From: Longimicrobiales bacterium
Lineage (GTDB): Bacteria > Gemmatimonadota > Gemmatimonadetes > Longimicrobiales > Gaopeijiaceae
Length of the DNA: 64,000 nt
Assembly: GCA_965197725.1 (NCBI GenBank)
Contig: CBDANQ010000032.1
Coordinates: 1-64,000 of the forward strand
Direction of reading: 5' to 3'
The notes under the pieces were generated by a model. That model was not told the DNA's origin and did no database searches. It worked only from the letters and a program-made list of their open reading frames with translations. The stretch's first letter is position 1. The number at the start of each line of letters is the position of its first letter. Made by a program: the position numbers and the translations under genes. Positions 63,249-64,000 of this stretch are shown here, piece by piece.

Positions 63249-63372
63249 GAGGTCCGCCTCAATGGTCCTCTGGATCATGGGATCGTCGAACGCCTGGGCC
63301 AGTCCCTCTCGAGGTCCGCCTCAATGGTCCTCTGGATCATGGGATCGTCGAACGCCTGGGCCAGTCCCTCTC
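63249..63372. repeat. 62-bp tandem duplication within the IS110 transposase
   Basis: GAGGTCCGCCTCAATGG...CCAGTCCCTCTC occurs twice. Confidence 0.9.
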
Positions 63373-63970
63373 GGTTCTTCTTGTAGAGGAGCCCGGGGGC
63401 CGAGGCAGGTTGTACTGATGAAAGGTGTTGCGGACGTGGGCGAGGAGCTCGCCGCGCTTGCGCACGAAGTAGAGTCGGCGCCGGAGCACATCGCGCGTGG
63501 CTCGCATCTGGGGAGGATAGACGTAGGCCACCGGGAACGCACCACCACGCAGCAAGACCGCCGTCTTGTGCGAGTCGATGTGGTCGTTCTTGGCCTTGGC
63601 CCCGTGGATCGCCTTCATGTAGAGCGCATGGCCGAGCACGAAGTGGATCTGCTCACGAGCACATAGATCGGCGAGCCAGTACCAGCAGAAGATGCACTCG
63701 CTGCCCACCACGAGGTCCAAACGGTAGGGCTCGAGGGCGCGAAGCAGTGCCTCGCGCTCACAGCGTAGCCTCTTGTGCAGTCGTATCTTGCCCTGGCCGT
63801 CCAGAACGCAGAGGTAGAGCGTGCGAGCGTGAAGGTCGATGCCACAGTAGTATCGATGCTGGCCGGTGTAGAAGCGCATGGTTCCCCTCCTGGGTTGGAT
63901 GGATCGAGCGTCGCGCTCTGATCATTCCGTCCTCTCTGTGAGAGGTCCAGGAGGGGGCCTGCATGAGTAT

Positions 63971-64000
63971 CAAGCGATTGCTGCAGTCCGGGGTTTCCAG
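63971..64000 (+). other. Left part of an attC site abutting the IS110 end
   Basis: CAAGCGATTGCTGCAGTC matches CAAGCGATTGCTTGCAGTC of the attC at ~57682. Confidence 0.7.

Larger units (their letters stand above)
62590..63970 (-). mobile_element. IS110-family element, disrupted; transposase starts at 63879
   Basis: YCGIDLHAR, KAKNDHIDS, TIPGIG, SAGK and GNAHLKWAFSEAA; interrupted at ~63003-63248; 3' end missing. Confidence 0.88.

Overview
High-GC bacterial chromosome segment. Gene content and style suggest Gemmatimonadota, but that is inference. (1) 1-36.4 kb is a surface-polysaccharide region interleaved with intact housekeeping genes uvrB, relA/spoT and secA. It holds a GT2, a Wzy-like protein, a priming sugar transferase, a DegT aminotransferase, UDP-sulfoquinovose synthase SqdB, UDP-GlcA epimerase and decarboxylase, a UDP-glucose dehydrogenase carrying a 476-aa LAGLIDADG intein at its catalytic Cys, a GDP-6-deoxyheptose-type block, gmd, wza-wzc, rml genes and a WbpA-type dehydrogenase. 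Many glycan genes are broken by frameshifts, a nonsense codon, IS3 and IS1182-like insertions, or a wzc/rmlB deletion junction. A 192-bp CTAG-flanked MITE lies upstream of wza. (2) 38.5-49.2 kb is core genes: suhB, trpS, pilT, dapA-family, purA and ffh-rpsP-rimM-trmD-rplS-rnhB. (3) 49.7-64 kb is a tRNA-Lys(UUU) integration hotspot. A 9.2-kb island bounded by a 43-bp direct repeat carries XRE, DUF5916-like, cytochrome c-Vgb and ankyrin genes plus three degenerate integron cassettes. It is followed by IS256 with an 8-bp TSD, an intI remnant and an intact integron integrase. The putative attI and first cassette (Imm50-like immunity gene) lie downstream of and co-oriented with intI, a reverse-type layout, and an IS110-family element sits at an attC site. 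A fold-back at 1-635 and other exact duplications may be amplification or assembly artefacts.
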